Source of the DNA: an uncultured Alphaproteobacteria bacterium
Lineage (GTDB): Bacteria; Pseudomonadota; Alphaproteobacteria; SP197
Assembly: GCA_938048755.1 (NCBI GenBank)
Contig: CALIUG010000107.1
Span: 3,994 to 67,993 of the forward strand
DNA: 64,000 bases
Reading direction: 5' to 3'
Below the pieces are notes generated by a model that worked only from the letters and a program-made list of their open reading frames with translations, did no database searches and was not told the DNA's origin. Made by a program: the position numbers and the translations under genes. Of the stretch, positions 8,559 through 17,935 are shown one piece after another. The stretch's first letter is position 1, and each line of letters begins with the position of its first letter.

Positions 8559-10004
8559 ATGTTTGATTCTCTCTCCGACCGCCTGAACGGCATCTTTGAC
8601 GGCCTGCGCCGCAAAGGTGCGCTGAAGGATGATGACGTCAACGCAGCCCTGCGCGAGGTTCGCATCGCGCTGCTGGAAGCTGATGTTTCGCTGCCCGTGG
8701 TCAAGGACTTCATCGAAGCGGTACGCGAACGCGCTATCGGTCAGGAAGTCATGCGCGGGGTCAATCCCGGCCAGCAGGTCGTCAAGATCGTGCACGACCA
8801 TCTGGTCGAAACCCTGGGTGCGGAGACCTCGGACCTCAATCTTGCCGGCAATCCGCCCATCGCGATCATGATGGTCGGCCTGCAGGGTTCGGGCAAGACG
8901 ACCTCCACGGCAAAGATCGCACGCTGGCTTCAGGGCCAGGGTAAACGCGCCCTGATGGCTTCGCTCGATGTGCGCCGCCCGGCTGCCCAGCAGCAGCTGG
9001 CCGTGCTGGGTGAGCAGACCAATGTCGAGACGCTCGATATCATCATGGGCGAACAGCCCGTGCAGATCGCCAAACGCGCCATGGATCGCGGCCGCAAGGG
9101 TGGTTTTGATGTCGTGATGCTCGATACCGCGGGGCGCCTCCATCTCGATGACGAACTGATGGACGAAGCCGCCGCCGTGCGTGCGGCCGCCAATCCGCAG
9201 GAAATCCTGCTCGTGGCCGATGCCATGACCGGTCAGGACGCGGTCAACGTTGCTTCGGCCTTCAAGGAGAAGGTCGGCGTGACCGGCATTGTGCTCACGC
9301 GTGTCGATGGTGATGCCCGTGGTGGTGCCGCCCTCTCCATGCGCGCGGTGACCGGCTGCCCGATCAAGCTGATGGGCGTCGGCGAAAAGATCGACGAACT
9401 GGAAGCTTTCCATCCCGACCGGATCGCCGGGCGCATTCTGGGCATGGGTGATGTCGTCAGTCTGGTCGAGAAGGCCGCCCAGACCATCGAGGCCGATGAC
9501 GCCGAGCGCTTCGCCAAGAAGTTCCAGAAGGGCCAGCAGTTTGATCTCGATGACATGTGGGCCCAGCTCCGCCAACTCCGCAAGATGGGTGGCATGGACG
9601 GTCTGATGGGCCTGCTGCCCGGCGTCGCGAAGGCCAAGAAGCAGCTGGCCTCGGCCAAGATGGATGACAGCGCGCTGAAACGTCAGGAAGCCATCCTGTC
9701 CTCCATGACCAAAAAGGAACGTGCCGATCCGCGCATGATCCACGCCAGCCGCAAACGCCGCATCGCGGCGGGCGCCGGCGTCCAGGTCCAGGACATCAAC
9801 CGTCTCATGAAGCAGTTTCAGGAGATGAACGGCATGATGAAAAAGGTCCGCAAGATGGGCAAGAAAGGCCAGCTTCCACCCGGCATGGACATGTCCGCCA
9901 TGGGCGGCATGCCCGGCGCAGGCGGTGGCGGTGGAACCCCCAGCCAGGCCGAACTCGAAAAGATGGCCCAGGGCCTGAAACTCCCGCCGGGCTTCAAGAT
10001 GTGA
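8559..10004 (+). CDS. ffh: Signal recognition particle protein Ffh
   Basis: GLQGSGKTTSTAKIA, DTAGR, TRVDGDARGG, and an M domain with a Met-rich C-terminus (MNGMMKKVRKMG...MSAMGGMPG). Confidence 0.95.
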   Translation: MFDSLSDRLNGIFDGLRRKGALKDDDVNAALREVRIALLEADVSLPVVKDFIEAVRERAIGQEVMRGVNPGQQVVKIVHDHLVETLGAETSDLNLAGNPPIAIMMVGLQGSGKTTSTAKIARWLQGQGKRALMASLDVRRPAAQQQLAVLGEQTNVETLDIIMGEQPVQIAKRAMDRGRKGGFDVVMLDTAGRLHLDDELMDEAAAVRAAANPQEILLVADAMTGQDAVNVASAFKEKVGVTGIVLTRVDGDARGGAALSMRAVTGCPIKLMGVGEKIDELEAFHPDRIAGRILGMGDVVSLVEKAAQTIEADDAERFAKKFQKGQQFDLDDMWAQLRQLRKMGGMDGLMGLLPGVAKAKKQLASAKMDDSALKRQEAILSSMTKKERADPRMIHASRKRRIAAGAGVQVQDINRLMKQFQEMNGMMKKVRKMGKKGQLPPGMDMSAMGGMPGAGGGGGTPSQAELEKMAQGLKLPPGFKM

Positions 10005-10044
10005 CTTTGCCGACCGGGCGGTAGAGCTTGAATCTGTCGGCCCG

Positions 10045-10070
10045 GATATACATGTATGTCTTGTATATCA
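10045..10070. promoter_or_regulatory. Inverted repeat GATATACA-N10-TGTATATC upstream of vapB (candidate antitoxin operator)
   Basis: 8-bp perfect arms seen directly, overlapping the region just 5' of the SD GGAGGT and the ATG at 10084. Confidence 0.4.
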
Positions 10071-10083
10071 TCGGAGGTTCATC

Positions 10084-10314
10084 ATGCAGGTATCCAAATG
10101 GGGCAACAGTCTGGCCGTGCGCTTGCCTGCTGCCGTGGTGGAGGCGCTTGAGCTTCAGGAAGGTGACGATATCGCGATTGAGATTGCCGATGCGCGCACC
10201 TTCGCTGTACGGCGCAAACCCGGACAAGGAGAGCTGCTGAAACGGTTGCGGGCGTTCCGTGGCCGCTTGCCCGATGACTTCCATTTTGATCGCGACGAAG
10301 CCAATGCCAGGTAA
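10084..10314 (+). CDS. AbrB/MazE/SpoVT-family antitoxin (VapB-like)
   Basis: 76 aa, MQVSKWGNSLAVRLPAAVVEALELQEGDDI is a swapped-hairpin AbrB-type signature. It overlaps the downstream PIN gene. Confidence 0.75.
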   Translation: MQVSKWGNSLAVRLPAAVVEALELQEGDDIAIEIADARTFAVRRKPGQGELLKRLRAFRGRLPDDFHFDRDEANAR

Positions 10315-10723
10315 CTTCATCGACACGAATGTGTTGATCTATCTTGCCTCCGGCGATGCTGCCAAAGCAGACCGGGCTGAAGAGGTCGTTGCCCAAGGAG
10401 GCACGATCAGCGTTCAGGTATTGAATGAAATTGCCAACGTCGCGCGCCGCAAGATGCAACTCGACTGGTCCGAGACACGGACCCTGCTATCGCTCTTGCG
10501 CAATCTCCTGATAGCGGTCCCTCTCGACGAGAAGACCCATGACACCGGTCTCGCACTGGCTGAGCGATACGGATTCTCCATCTACGATTCGATGATCGTG
10601 GCATCCGCCTTAAGCGCTGGTTGCACGCAACTCTGGTCTGAAGACATGCAGAACGGGCTGCGTATCGGTGACCGGCTCATCATCACCGACCCGTTTTCAT
10701 CCGCCCGGTGGTGGTTGCGGTGA
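10304..10723 (+). CDS. PIN-domain toxin (VapC-like)
   Basis: MPGNFIDTNVLIY...SIYDSMIVASA...SEDMQ carries the PIN acidic residues. Start taken at the ATG at 10304; the track ORF begins at 10259. Confidence 0.75.
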   Translation: MPGNFIDTNVLIYLASGDAAKADRAEEVVAQGGTISVQVLNEIANVARRKMQLDWSETRTLLSLLRNLLIAVPLDEKTHDTGLALAERYGFSIYDSMIVASALSAGCTQLWSEDMQNGLRIGDRLIITDPFSSARWWLR

Positions 10724-10834
10724 TCGGTTCGTAGTCTTCGTGGAAGGCACTTCTCTTCACACTAATGTCTGCACAGGGGTTGAATTCGTGGTTTTCACGA
10801 TCATTTATTAAACGTCGTTTATTTAATTGCCTTA

Positions 10835-11158
10835 TTGGAACGACTCATGACTCGATCCAAACCTAGCGCAAATGGTCCGGCTAGTTCGCCAACTGACAAA
10901 ATTCCAACGGAAACTGAAGTTTCCTTGGCCACAGGTTCGGAGTCATCGAACGGAATCTTGAAGTTCTGGCTGACGGCGCTTGGTGTCTGCACATTCCCGC
11001 CAGTGGCATGGTTTGGCTACTTCATTGCTCGCCCCGGCGGTCTTACCGGCGATCAGATCTTTGGGTTGGCGCTGATCCTGATCGTGTTGAGTATGGTTTC
11101 TATCGGAGTTGCCGTACTCGTTTCTTTCGCCTTTCTTTGGGCGTGGATCAACCGATGA
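10835..11158 (+). CDS. Small membrane protein (107 aa, hydrophilic N-term + 2 predicted TM)
   Basis: Follows an AT-rich promoter-like tract (10780-10830). Hydrophobic segments WLTALGVCTFPPVAWFGYFIA and IFGLALILIVLSMVSIGVAVLVSFAFLWAWI. Local GC ~50%. Confidence 0.45.
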   Translation: MERLMTRSKPSANGPASSPTDKIPTETEVSLATGSESSNGILKFWLTALGVCTFPPVAWFGYFIARPGGLTGDQIFGLALILIVLSMVSIGVAVLVSFAFLWAWINR

Positions 11159-11385
11159 AGCACGTTCACCGGGGCGTTGCCGTATGGATGGCCATGGCGC
11201 TGGCCTATCTCCTCATGCTTGACACGCTTGAAGTTTCCTTCGCTGAATTGGGCATGCTTGGTCGCTGGACGTGGGCCGTGCTGGAAGCAGGTCTGCACAT
11301 CCTGGCCGCCTGGTTCGCCATCGGGACCCTTGGCGCCGCGGTATTCCTGGCTTCGGGCCTGTGCCACCGGCGGTCGGCATCATGA
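11155..11385 (+). CDS. Small membrane protein (76 aa, 2 predicted TM)
   Basis: ATGA-coupled to the previous ORF: MKHVHRGVAVWMAMALAYLLML...LHILAAWFAIGTLGAAVFLASGL. Confidence 0.4.
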   Translation: MKHVHRGVAVWMAMALAYLLMLDTLEVSFAELGMLGRWTWAVLEAGLHILAAWFAIGTLGAAVFLASGLCHRRSAS

Positions 11386-11669
11386 AGGGATTGTCATGCA
11401 GTGGGCATCGCACGTCGCGTCGAACGCTTCGTCCCGTCCGCTACTTCCTCTGGCTTTGGATGACCTGGTTTCTGGTGCCGCCCATCGTGGGCTTGTCGAT
11501 GGCAATCGCTGCCGTGCTTGAAGCGGCTGTCGGTGGTTCTGGCGATGTCATGTTCAGCCTTTTGACAGAACACATCCCGGCCATCATGCTGATCTGGCTT
11601 ACCGGCCTGATCGTCATTGCGCTGATCCATCACCTTGCGCGCCGTCTAGGCGCGGAGCTGCGCGCCTAG
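11382..11669 (+). CDS. Small membrane protein (95 aa, 2 predicted TM)
   Basis: ATGA-coupled to the previous ORF. FLWLWMTWFLVPPIVGLSMAIAAVLEAAV...IMLIWLTGLIVIALI shares an AVLEA motif with the preceding ORF. Confidence 0.4.
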   Translation: MKGLSCSGHRTSRRTLRPVRYFLWLWMTWFLVPPIVGLSMAIAAVLEAAVGGSGDVMFSLLTEHIPAIMLIWLTGLIVIALIHHLARRLGAELRA

Positions 11670-12400
11670 ACCAGCGTGCGCAGCGGCTTTTCGATCACCA
11701 CGGCCGTGGTGCAGCCACTCGGTGAATAGGACCCGTGGATGCTGCCGGGCGGCAGGCTCACCACGTCGCCGGTCCGGTAAGTCGTGCCGTCGGGGTCGGT
11801 GAGTTCGCCGCTCAACATGATGAACTCTTCCCAGCCTGTGTGTTCATGCCGTGACGAACTTGAACCCGGCAGAAAGTTGATCAGCGAGAGTCCTTCGCCG
11901 GTCTGGGGATTGGCGCGGATGTTGTGCCAGTCAATGGGATCGGCAGTCTCGGGCAGGCTGGGATAACGCTCGAAATCGGCCGTCTTCCAGTTCACGATTG
12001 TGCGGCCTTCCTGCATCGCCGCGATCTCGGGGTCACCTTCAACCGTATCGATGGGTTTCTGGATCCAGACCATCAGCGTGCAGCCCTTGGGCGAGCTGGT
12101 GCTGTGGCGCGTGCCGGGGTTGTAGCTCACGACATCACCTGTCTTGAGCACGGTGCCGTCGCCATCAATGAGTTCGCCGTCGAGCACGACAAACTCCTCC
12201 TGGCCGCTGTGGTGATGCAGCTTGGCGCCGCCGCCCGGGGTGATTTTGAGCAGATAGGTGCCATCGCCGGGTCCAGGTTCGGCGCGGACCGGGTGCCACA
12301 TCAGGTCGGTTTCACCGCCGTCGATGGCGGGATAGGGCTCCCAGTCACAGGTCATCCAGTTGACGACGACCCGACCATCCAGGTTCCAGACCTGATCCAT
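11666..12400 (-). CDS. Bicupin (two cupin_2 domains) protein
   Basis: Two repeated beta-barrel cupin modules (HxHxxxxE...G...H type: KLHHHSGQEEFVVLDGEL and SRHEHTGWEEFIMLSGEL). Start placed at MDQVWN to avoid overlap with the agmatinase gene; the track ORF extends to 12433. Confidence 0.6.
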   Translation of the reverse strand: MDQVWNLDGRVVVNWMTCDWEPYPAIDGGETDLMWHPVRAEPGPGDGTYLLKITPGGGAKLHHHSGQEEFVVLDGELIDGDGTVLKTGDVVSYNPGTRHSTSSPKGCTLMVWIQKPIDTVEGDPEIAAMQEGRTIVNWKTADFERYPSLPETADPIDWHNIRANPQTGEGLSLINFLPGSSSSRHEHTGWEEFIMLSGELTDPDGTTYRTGDVVSLPPGSIHGSYSPSGCTTAVVIEKPLRTLV

Positions 12401-12402
12401 GG

Positions 12403-13353
12403 CTACTTGCTCCGGTTTGTTGCCATCAAGCATGCCATCTCGAACATCATGTTGGCCACATTCACGAACGTGATGCCGATGGGGTCGTGCGGCGGGGAAA
12501 CCTCGCAGATGTCGCCGCCCACTGCGTTGATGCCCATCATGGAGCGGAAGATGACCTGCATGTCGCGCATGGAAATGCCGCCGGGCTCGGGCACGCCGGT
12601 GCCGGGGCAGTCGCGCGGGTCCAGGCCGTCGATGTCGACCGTGAGGTAACAGGGCTCGTCGCCCAGGACCTCCAGCGCCAGCTTGATGAAGGCTTCCCGG
12701 CCCATGACTTCGTATTCGTCCATCGGCACCATGGTGATGCCGACCTCGTTACCGTAACCGATGTCGTCGTCGCCATAACGTGTGCCGCGCAGGCCGACCT
12801 GGATGGTGCGTTTGGGGTCGATCAGGTTTTCTTCGACCGCACGGCGCACGAAGGTGGCGTGGTTGATCCTGGTGCCCATGAAGTCGTCGAATGTGTCGGC
12901 GTGGGCATCAACATGGAACAGACCCAGCGGACGGTCCTTGGCGATGGCGCGCAGGATGGGCAGTGGCACGGTGTGATCACCGCCGACCGAAAGCGGCCAG
13001 GCACCGGCGGCATGAATCTCTTCGTAGAAGCCCTGAATCATGTCCACGCTTTCCTCCACCTTCATCGGGTGGGTCGGTGCGTCGCCGACATCGGCAATGT
13101 TGCAAAGCCGGAACGGCGCAACCTTGGTTGCCGGATTGACCGCGCGGATCAGACGGCTGGCCTCGCGCGTGACCGCGGGGCCGTGACGTGCTCCCAGGCG
13201 ATAGGTCGCGCCGAGATCAAAGGGTACACCGGCAAGCGCGATATCGACATCGGGGCCAATTTCGTGGCGTTGCGAGCGCATGAACGTCGCGATCTCCTGA
13301 AAGCGGGGCGTGGTGCCCGAATCGTAAGGTTTGAAATCGCCGGGTCCCGACAT
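12403..13353 (-). CDS. Agmatinase/ureohydrolase (arginase family)
   Basis: Mn-binding motifs GGDHTV, DAHADT, TVDIDGLDP and SPPHD, 316 aa. Confidence 0.85.
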   Translation of the reverse strand: MSGPGDFKPYDSGTTPRFQEIATFMRSQRHEIGPDVDIALAGVPFDLGATYRLGARHGPAVTREASRLIRAVNPATKVAPFRLCNIADVGDAPTHPMKVEESVDMIQGFYEEIHAAGAWPLSVGGDHTVPLPILRAIAKDRPLGLFHVDAHADTFDDFMGTRINHATFVRRAVEENLIDPKRTIQVGLRGTRYGDDDIGYGNEVGITMVPMDEYEVMGREAFIKLALEVLGDEPCYLTVDIDGLDPRDCPGTGVPEPGGISMRDMQVIFRSMMGINAVGGDICEVSPPHDPIGITFVNVANMMFEMACLMATNRSK

Positions 13354-13460
13354 GTGGTCATGCTCCTGATGGGTTCGTGTTGCTTCGGATCGTGGTAGAC
13401 CAGCCCAACTTGCCTGACAATGGTTGCAGGAATGTCACATGTGGTGCTGTTGCTGCCATG

Positions 13461-13532
13461 GCCGGCCGGCTCTCCCACCCGGCCACCCACGAGCGTATCC
13501 TTGATGGGTGGCCGGGTGGGGGAGCGGGCTGG
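13461..13532. repeat. REP-like palindromic element, copy A (28-nt arms, 15-nt loop)
   Basis: GCCGGCCGGCTCTCCCACCCGGCCACCCA-cgagcgtatccttga-TGGGTGGCCGGGTGGGGGAGCGGGCTGG. Near-identical arms recur at 22682-22752. Confidence 0.6.
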
Positions 13533-13711
13533 TGCAGGTCTGCCAAACACAATCCCATCAACCAATGCTTGCCAACGGGCCGCGTCAGGACTATGAAGCG
13601 CGCCCAATTCCCGAGGTTTATCCGACCTGCTGCCGCTGGCGGCGATTTGGGCCTTCCCTGTAACAGGGCCCGAGCCGAAGCGGCGAGAAAGAAACGTAAG
13701 GACCACGCTAG

Positions 13712-14185
13712 ATGTCGTTGAAGATTCGTCTGTCCCGCGGTGGCGCCAAGAAGCGCCCCATGTACCGTATCGTTGTTGCCGACTCCCGTTCCGCACGCGA
13801 TGGCCGCTTCATCGAGCGCATCGGCCTCTACCAGCCCATGCTGCCGGCCGATCATCCCGAGCGGCTGACGATGAACGAAGAGCGCATCAAGTACTGGCTG
13901 AGCCAGGGTGCCACGCCGACCGATCGTGTCGCGGTGTTCCTGGGTCAGGCCGAGATCATCCCCATGCGCGAGCGCACCAAGGGTTCGGGCAAGCAGAAGA
14001 TCCGCGAGGCCGAGGCCGCCGCGAAGGCCGAGGAAGAGGCCGCTGCTGCCGCTGAGGAAGCTGCCGCTGCTGCTGAAGCCGCGGCTGCCGAGGAAGCTGC
14101 TGCCGCTGAGGCCGAAGCTCCCGCTGAAGAAGCCCCGGCCGACGCGCCTGAGGAAGGTGGAGATGCCGAGGAGCAGACCTCCTGA
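13712..14185 (+). CDS. rpsP: 30S ribosomal protein S16 with Ala/Glu-rich C-terminal extension
   Basis: [35 protein letters not shown] is the canonical S16 N-terminus. C-terminus is the low-complexity [30 protein letters not shown]. Confidence 0.9.
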   Translation: MSLKIRLSRGGAKKRPMYRIVVADSRSARDGRFIERIGLYQPMLPADHPERLTMNEERIKYWLSQGATPTDRVAVFLGQAEIIPMRERTKGSGKQKIREAEAAAKAEEEAAAAAEEAAAAAEAAAAEEAAAAEAEAPAEEAPADAPEEGGDAEEQTS

Positions 14186-14717
14186 GGCTGGTCTGAACGA
14201 CCCGAAAGACTGGATTTGTCTGGCGGTTGTCGGCGCCCCCAAGGGCGTGCGCGGCGCCGTTCGGCTGACCTGCTACAACGAAAATCCCAAAGAGATTGGC
14301 GCATACGGCCCGCTTCATGCGGGACCCGGCGGCAAGCCGCTTGCGGTGCGGGTAATCGAATCGACCAAGCCCGGGCAGATCGTCGTCAAGATCACGGGAG
14401 TCGAAGATCGCGATGCGGCTGCAGCCCTGAACGGTACCCGTCTGTTTGTGCGCCGTGAGGTGATGCCTGCACCCGATGAGGACGAATTCTACCATCACGA
14501 TCTGATTGGTCTGGCCGTCGTGCATGCCGATGGGCGCGACCTGGGCACGGTGCGTGCCCTGATCGACAACGGCGCCGGCCATGTGCTCGAGATTCTCGAT
14601 GGCACCGGCAAGGACACGATCCTGATTCCCTTCACGCTGGAAGCTGTTCCCACGGTGGATATCAAGAGCGGGCGAATCGTCGTTGATCCGCCGGCAGGGC
14701 TTCTGGACGATGCCTGA
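14163..14717 (+). CDS. rimM: Ribosome maturation factor RimM
   Basis: [18 protein letters not shown] plus a PRC barrel ([10 protein letters not shown]). Start uncertain: the ATG at 14163 overlaps rpsP by 23 nt, and a later non-ATG start is possible. The 3' end overlaps trmD (ATGCCTGA). Confidence 0.7.
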   Translation: MPRSRPPEAGLNDPKDWICLAVVGAPKGVRGAVRLTCYNENPKEIGAYGPLHAGPGGKPLAVRVIESTKPGQIVVKITGVEDRDAAAALNGTRLFVRREVMPAPDEDEFYHHDLIGLAVVHADGRDLGTVRALIDNGAGHVLEILDGTGKDTILIPFTLEAVPTVDIKSGRIVVDPPAGLLDDA

Positions 14718-15435
14718 AACAGCCGCCCAGCCATGGACCGCGACGGTGCTCACCCTGTTCCCGGAGATGTTTCCGGGGCCTCTGGGCGGCTCGATTCCCG
14801 GAAAGGCGCGAGAATCCGGCCTTTGGGCGTTGGAAACTGTGGACATTCGCGATTTTGCGCGTAATAAGCACCGCAACGTTGACGACGCCCCCTTCGGCGG
14901 CGGGCCAGGCATGGTGATGCGGCCCGATGTTCTGGCTGCGGCACTGGACGCCACAGCCACCGGAGGTGAGGACGAAACGCTGATCTACCTCTCGCCACGC
15001 GGCGCTCCTCTTGATCAGGCGCGCGTGCGGGAGTTTTCTGCGCTCCGGCGCCTGGTGCTTGTCTGTGGCCGTTTTGAAGGCGTGGACGAGCGTGTCATCC
15101 AGGACCGTGGGCTTCAGGAAGTCTCGGTCGGTGATTATGTCCTTTCGGGCGGCGAGCCAGCGGCGGTCGTGCTGATCGATGCCTGTGTCAGGCTCCTGCC
15201 TGGTGTGATGGGCGCGCCCGAAGGATTGGTTGAGGAGAGTTTCGAGTCCGGTTTGCTGGAATATCCGCACTACACGCGGCCCAACCCCTGGGAAGGCCAC
15301 GAAGTGCCGGAAGTGTTGTTGTCGGGTCACCACGGAAAGGTGCGGCAGTGGCGCCAGCAGCAGGCAGAAGAGATCACCCGCGAACGGCGCCCGGATTTGT
15401 GGCGTCGTCACCGCGAAGCAAAGACGAACGATTAG
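14710..15435 (+). CDS. trmD: tRNA (guanine37-N1)-methyltransferase TrmD
   Basis: SPOUT knot motifs [13 protein letters not shown] (here [13 protein letters not shown]), GDYVLSGGE and EYPHYTRP. Confidence 0.85.
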   Translation: MPETAAQPWTATVLTLFPEMFPGPLGGSIPGKARESGLWALETVDIRDFARNKHRNVDDAPFGGGPGMVMRPDVLAAALDATATGGEDETLIYLSPRGAPLDQARVREFSALRRLVLVCGRFEGVDERVIQDRGLQEVSVGDYVLSGGEPAAVVLIDACVRLLPGVMGAPEGLVEESFESGLLEYPHYTRPNPWEGHEVPEVLLSGHHGKVRQWRQQQAEEITRERRPDLWRRHREAKTND

Positions 15436-15469
15436 AGAAGTACGGCTGCAGGCCGACGGAGGAAAGCGC

Positions 15470-15853
15470 ATGAATATTGTTCAGAAGATCGAGCAGCAGC
15501 AGATCGACAAGCTGATGGGCGACAAGCAGATTCCGGAATTCGCCCCCGGCGATACCGTCCGTGTGGCCCTGCGCGTGGTCGAAGGTACGCGCGAGCGTAT
15601 CCAGAACTATGAAGGCGTTGTGATTGCCCGCAAGAACCGCGGTCTCAACTCGTCCTTCACCGTGCGCAAGCTATCCTATGGTGAGGGTGTCGAGCAGGTC
15701 TTCCCGCTCTACAGCCAGCGCATCTCGGAGATCACCGTGGTACGCCGCGGCATCGTTCGCCGTGCAAAGCTCTATTACCTGCGAGGCCGCACCGGCAAGG
15801 CTGCTCGTATCGCCGAGAAGCGTGACGAGCGTCCCCGTAAGGCCGCCAAGTAA
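15470..15853 (+). CDS. rplS: 50S ribosomal protein L19
   Basis: [12 protein letters not shown]...FAPGDTVRV...[25 protein letters not shown]. Confidence 0.9.
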   Translation: MNIVQKIEQQQIDKLMGDKQIPEFAPGDTVRVALRVVEGTRERIQNYEGVVIARKNRGLNSSFTVRKLSYGEGVEQVFPLYSQRISEITVVRRGIVRRAKLYYLRGRTGKAARIAEKRDERPRKAAK

Positions 15854-15940
15854 CAACCTGATTCTCGGCCCGCGCACCGGGCAGGGTGCCTTGCGCCTTT
15901 CTCCCGTGCGCGGCCAGCGACCCGCACGGGATGGAACGCC

Positions 15941-17350
15941 ATGACCGCACCACGGACACTTTTCGACAAGATCTGGGATTCCCACGTCGTCGCCGACAAC
16001 GGTGACGGCACGGCGCTTCTCTATATCGATCGCCACCTCGTGCACGAGGTCACCAGCCCGCAGGCCTTTGAAGGTCTGCGTGCGGCCGGCCGGACCGTGC
16101 GCCGTCCCGAACTGACGCTTGCCGTGGCCGACCACAATGTTCCCACGACGGACCGCAGTGCGGGAATCGCCGATGAGGAAAGCCGCATCCAGGTCGAAAC
16201 TCTGACTGCAAACTGCAAGGAGTTCGGCATCAACCTCTTCGAGATGGACGATCCCCGACAGGGCATCGTGCATATCGTTGGTCCCGAACAGGGCTTTACC
16301 CAGCCCGGCATGACCATCGTCTGCGGCGACAGCCACACCGCCACCCATGGCGCCTTTGGCGCCCTGGCCTTCGGTATCGGTACGTCGGAGGTCGAGCACG
16401 TTCTTGCGACTCAGACGCTGGTCCAGCGCCATGCCAAGAACATGCGCGTGACGGTCGAAGGCGACCTTCCGGTCGGCGTGACCTCCAAGGACATGGTACT
16501 GGCGATCATCGGCGTCATCGGCACGGCTGGCGGTACCGGCCACGTGATCGAATTTGCCGGTTCGGCCATGCGCAAGCTTTCCATGGAAGGCCGCATGACC
16601 GTCTGCAACATGACGATCGAAGCTGGCGCGCGTGCCGGGCTGATCGCACCCGACGAGACAACCTTTGCCTATCTCAACGACCGTCCCATGGCGCCCAGCG
16701 GCGAACACTGGGACCGCGCGGTCGACTGGTGGCGCAGCCTGCCATCCGATCCCGGCGCCCATTACGAGAAAGAGGTCGAGCTTCTTGCGTCCGACATCGA
16801 ACCCCAGGTGACCTGGGGCACCAGCCCGGAAGACGTTCTGCCGATTACCGGCAGTGTTCCCGACCCGGCCAATGCCCGCGACAAGGACCACCGCGCCGCG
16901 ATGGAACGTTCGCTGGCCTATATGGACCTCAAGCCCGGCACGAAGCTGCAGGATGTCGCGATTGACCGCGTGTTTATCGGCTCTTGCACCAATGGCCGTA
17001 TCGAAGACCTGCGCGCCGTTGCTGCCATTGCCCAGGGCCGCAAGGTCGCAGACGGCATCCACGCCATGGTTGTTCCAGGCTCCGGTCTTGTGAAGAAGAA
17101 GGCCGAGGAGGAGGGCATCGACCGCATTCTGATCGAAGCCGGCTTCGACTGGCGTGAGCCCGGCTGTTCCATGTGCCTTGCCATGAACGCCGACAAGCTC
17201 GAGCCCGGCGAGCGCTGTGCCTCGACCTCAAACCGCAATTTCGAGGGCCGTCAGGGCCGCGGTGGACGCACCCATCTAGTCAGCCCCGGCATGGCTGCGG
17301 CTGCTGCCATCAAGGGACGACTTGCAGACGTGCGCGAGATTTCGGGCTAG
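15941..17350 (+). CDS. leuC: 3-isopropylmalate dehydratase large subunit
   Basis: Aconitase-family Fe-S Cys residues (CGDSHT, GSCTNGR, CSMCL); 469 aa. Confidence 0.95.
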   Translation: MTAPRTLFDKIWDSHVVADNGDGTALLYIDRHLVHEVTSPQAFEGLRAAGRTVRRPELTLAVADHNVPTTDRSAGIADEESRIQVETLTANCKEFGINLFEMDDPRQGIVHIVGPEQGFTQPGMTIVCGDSHTATHGAFGALAFGIGTSEVEHVLATQTLVQRHAKNMRVTVEGDLPVGVTSKDMVLAIIGVIGTAGGTGHVIEFAGSAMRKLSMEGRMTVCNMTIEAGARAGLIAPDETTFAYLNDRPMAPSGEHWDRAVDWWRSLPSDPGAHYEKEVELLASDIEPQVTWGTSPEDVLPITGSVPDPANARDKDHRAAMERSLAYMDLKPGTKLQDVAIDRVFIGSCTNGRIEDLRAVAAIAQGRKVADGIHAMVVPGSGLVKKKAEEEGIDRILIEAGFDWREPGCSMCLAMNADKLEPGERCASTSNRNFEGRQGRGGRTHLVSPGMAAAAAIKGRLADVREISG

Positions 17351-17385
17351 AATGTCATCGCGCACAAGTTCTGAGGGGGAGTACC

Positions 17386-17871
17386 ATGTCTGACTCGACC
17401 AACTACGCCGGATTCTGGATTCGATTTGGTGCCTGGATTGTGGATGCGATTGTATTGGTCGTGCCAATCATTGCCGTTTCAATCCTGTTTCCCGCAACCA
17501 TCGATGAAACCACGGGGATGTCCAGTGGGCCGAATCTTGTCGGCTCCCTGATCGGAGCGGCCATTGTTGGTGCCTATTTTGTCCTCATGGAAAGCAGTGC
17601 CAAGCAGGCCAGCCTCGGTAAGATGGCCTTGGGATTGAAGGTCACGACGATGGACGGCGGGCGTTTGAGCCTGGGCCAGGCGGCCGTGCGCGCCTGGCCG
17701 TTCTACCTTGGTGGCCTGGCCGGAGCTGCCGATGCCCTTGTTGGAACAGGCATGATCCTGTCGTTGATTGTGGGCGTTGCAGCCTTGATTGCGCTTCTCG
17801 TGATTGCCTTCTCGTCGAACAAGCAGGGCTTGCACGACAAGATGGCTGGAGCGCTCGTGGTCAAGAAATAG
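17386..17871 (+). CDS. RDD-family membrane protein
   Basis: AGFWIRFGAWIVDAIVLVV...LGLKVTTMDGGRLSLGQAAVR...QGLHDKMAGALVVKK is RDD-like. Strong SD GAGGGGGA before the ATG at 17386. Sits between leuC and leuD. Confidence 0.65.
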   Translation: MSDSTNYAGFWIRFGAWIVDAIVLVVPIIAVSILFPATIDETTGMSSGPNLVGSLIGAAIVGAYFVLMESSAKQASLGKMALGLKVTTMDGGRLSLGQAAVRAWPFYLGGLAGAADALVGTGMILSLIVGVAALIALLVIAFSSNKQGLHDKMAGALVVKK

Positions 17872-17935
17872 GCCGGCGCTCAGTACAAGCCAGCTCAGGT
17901 TTCACGCCTGATCTGGTCAACCTGAATGGATTACT

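Noticed and set aside
7818-9743. 641-aa minus-strand ORF
   Set aside because: It lies entirely antisense to ffh (a universally conserved SRP GTPase) and the upstream hypothetical gene. The translation is low-complexity and Arg/Gly/Ala-rich, typical of high-GC shadow ORFs.
13358-14960. Minus-strand ORFs 13358..14242 (294 aa) and 13956..14960 (334 aa)
   Set aside because: They are antisense to rpsP, rimM and trmD, and their composition is Ser/Gly/Arg/Pro low-complexity driven by the S16 Ala/Glu repeat tract.
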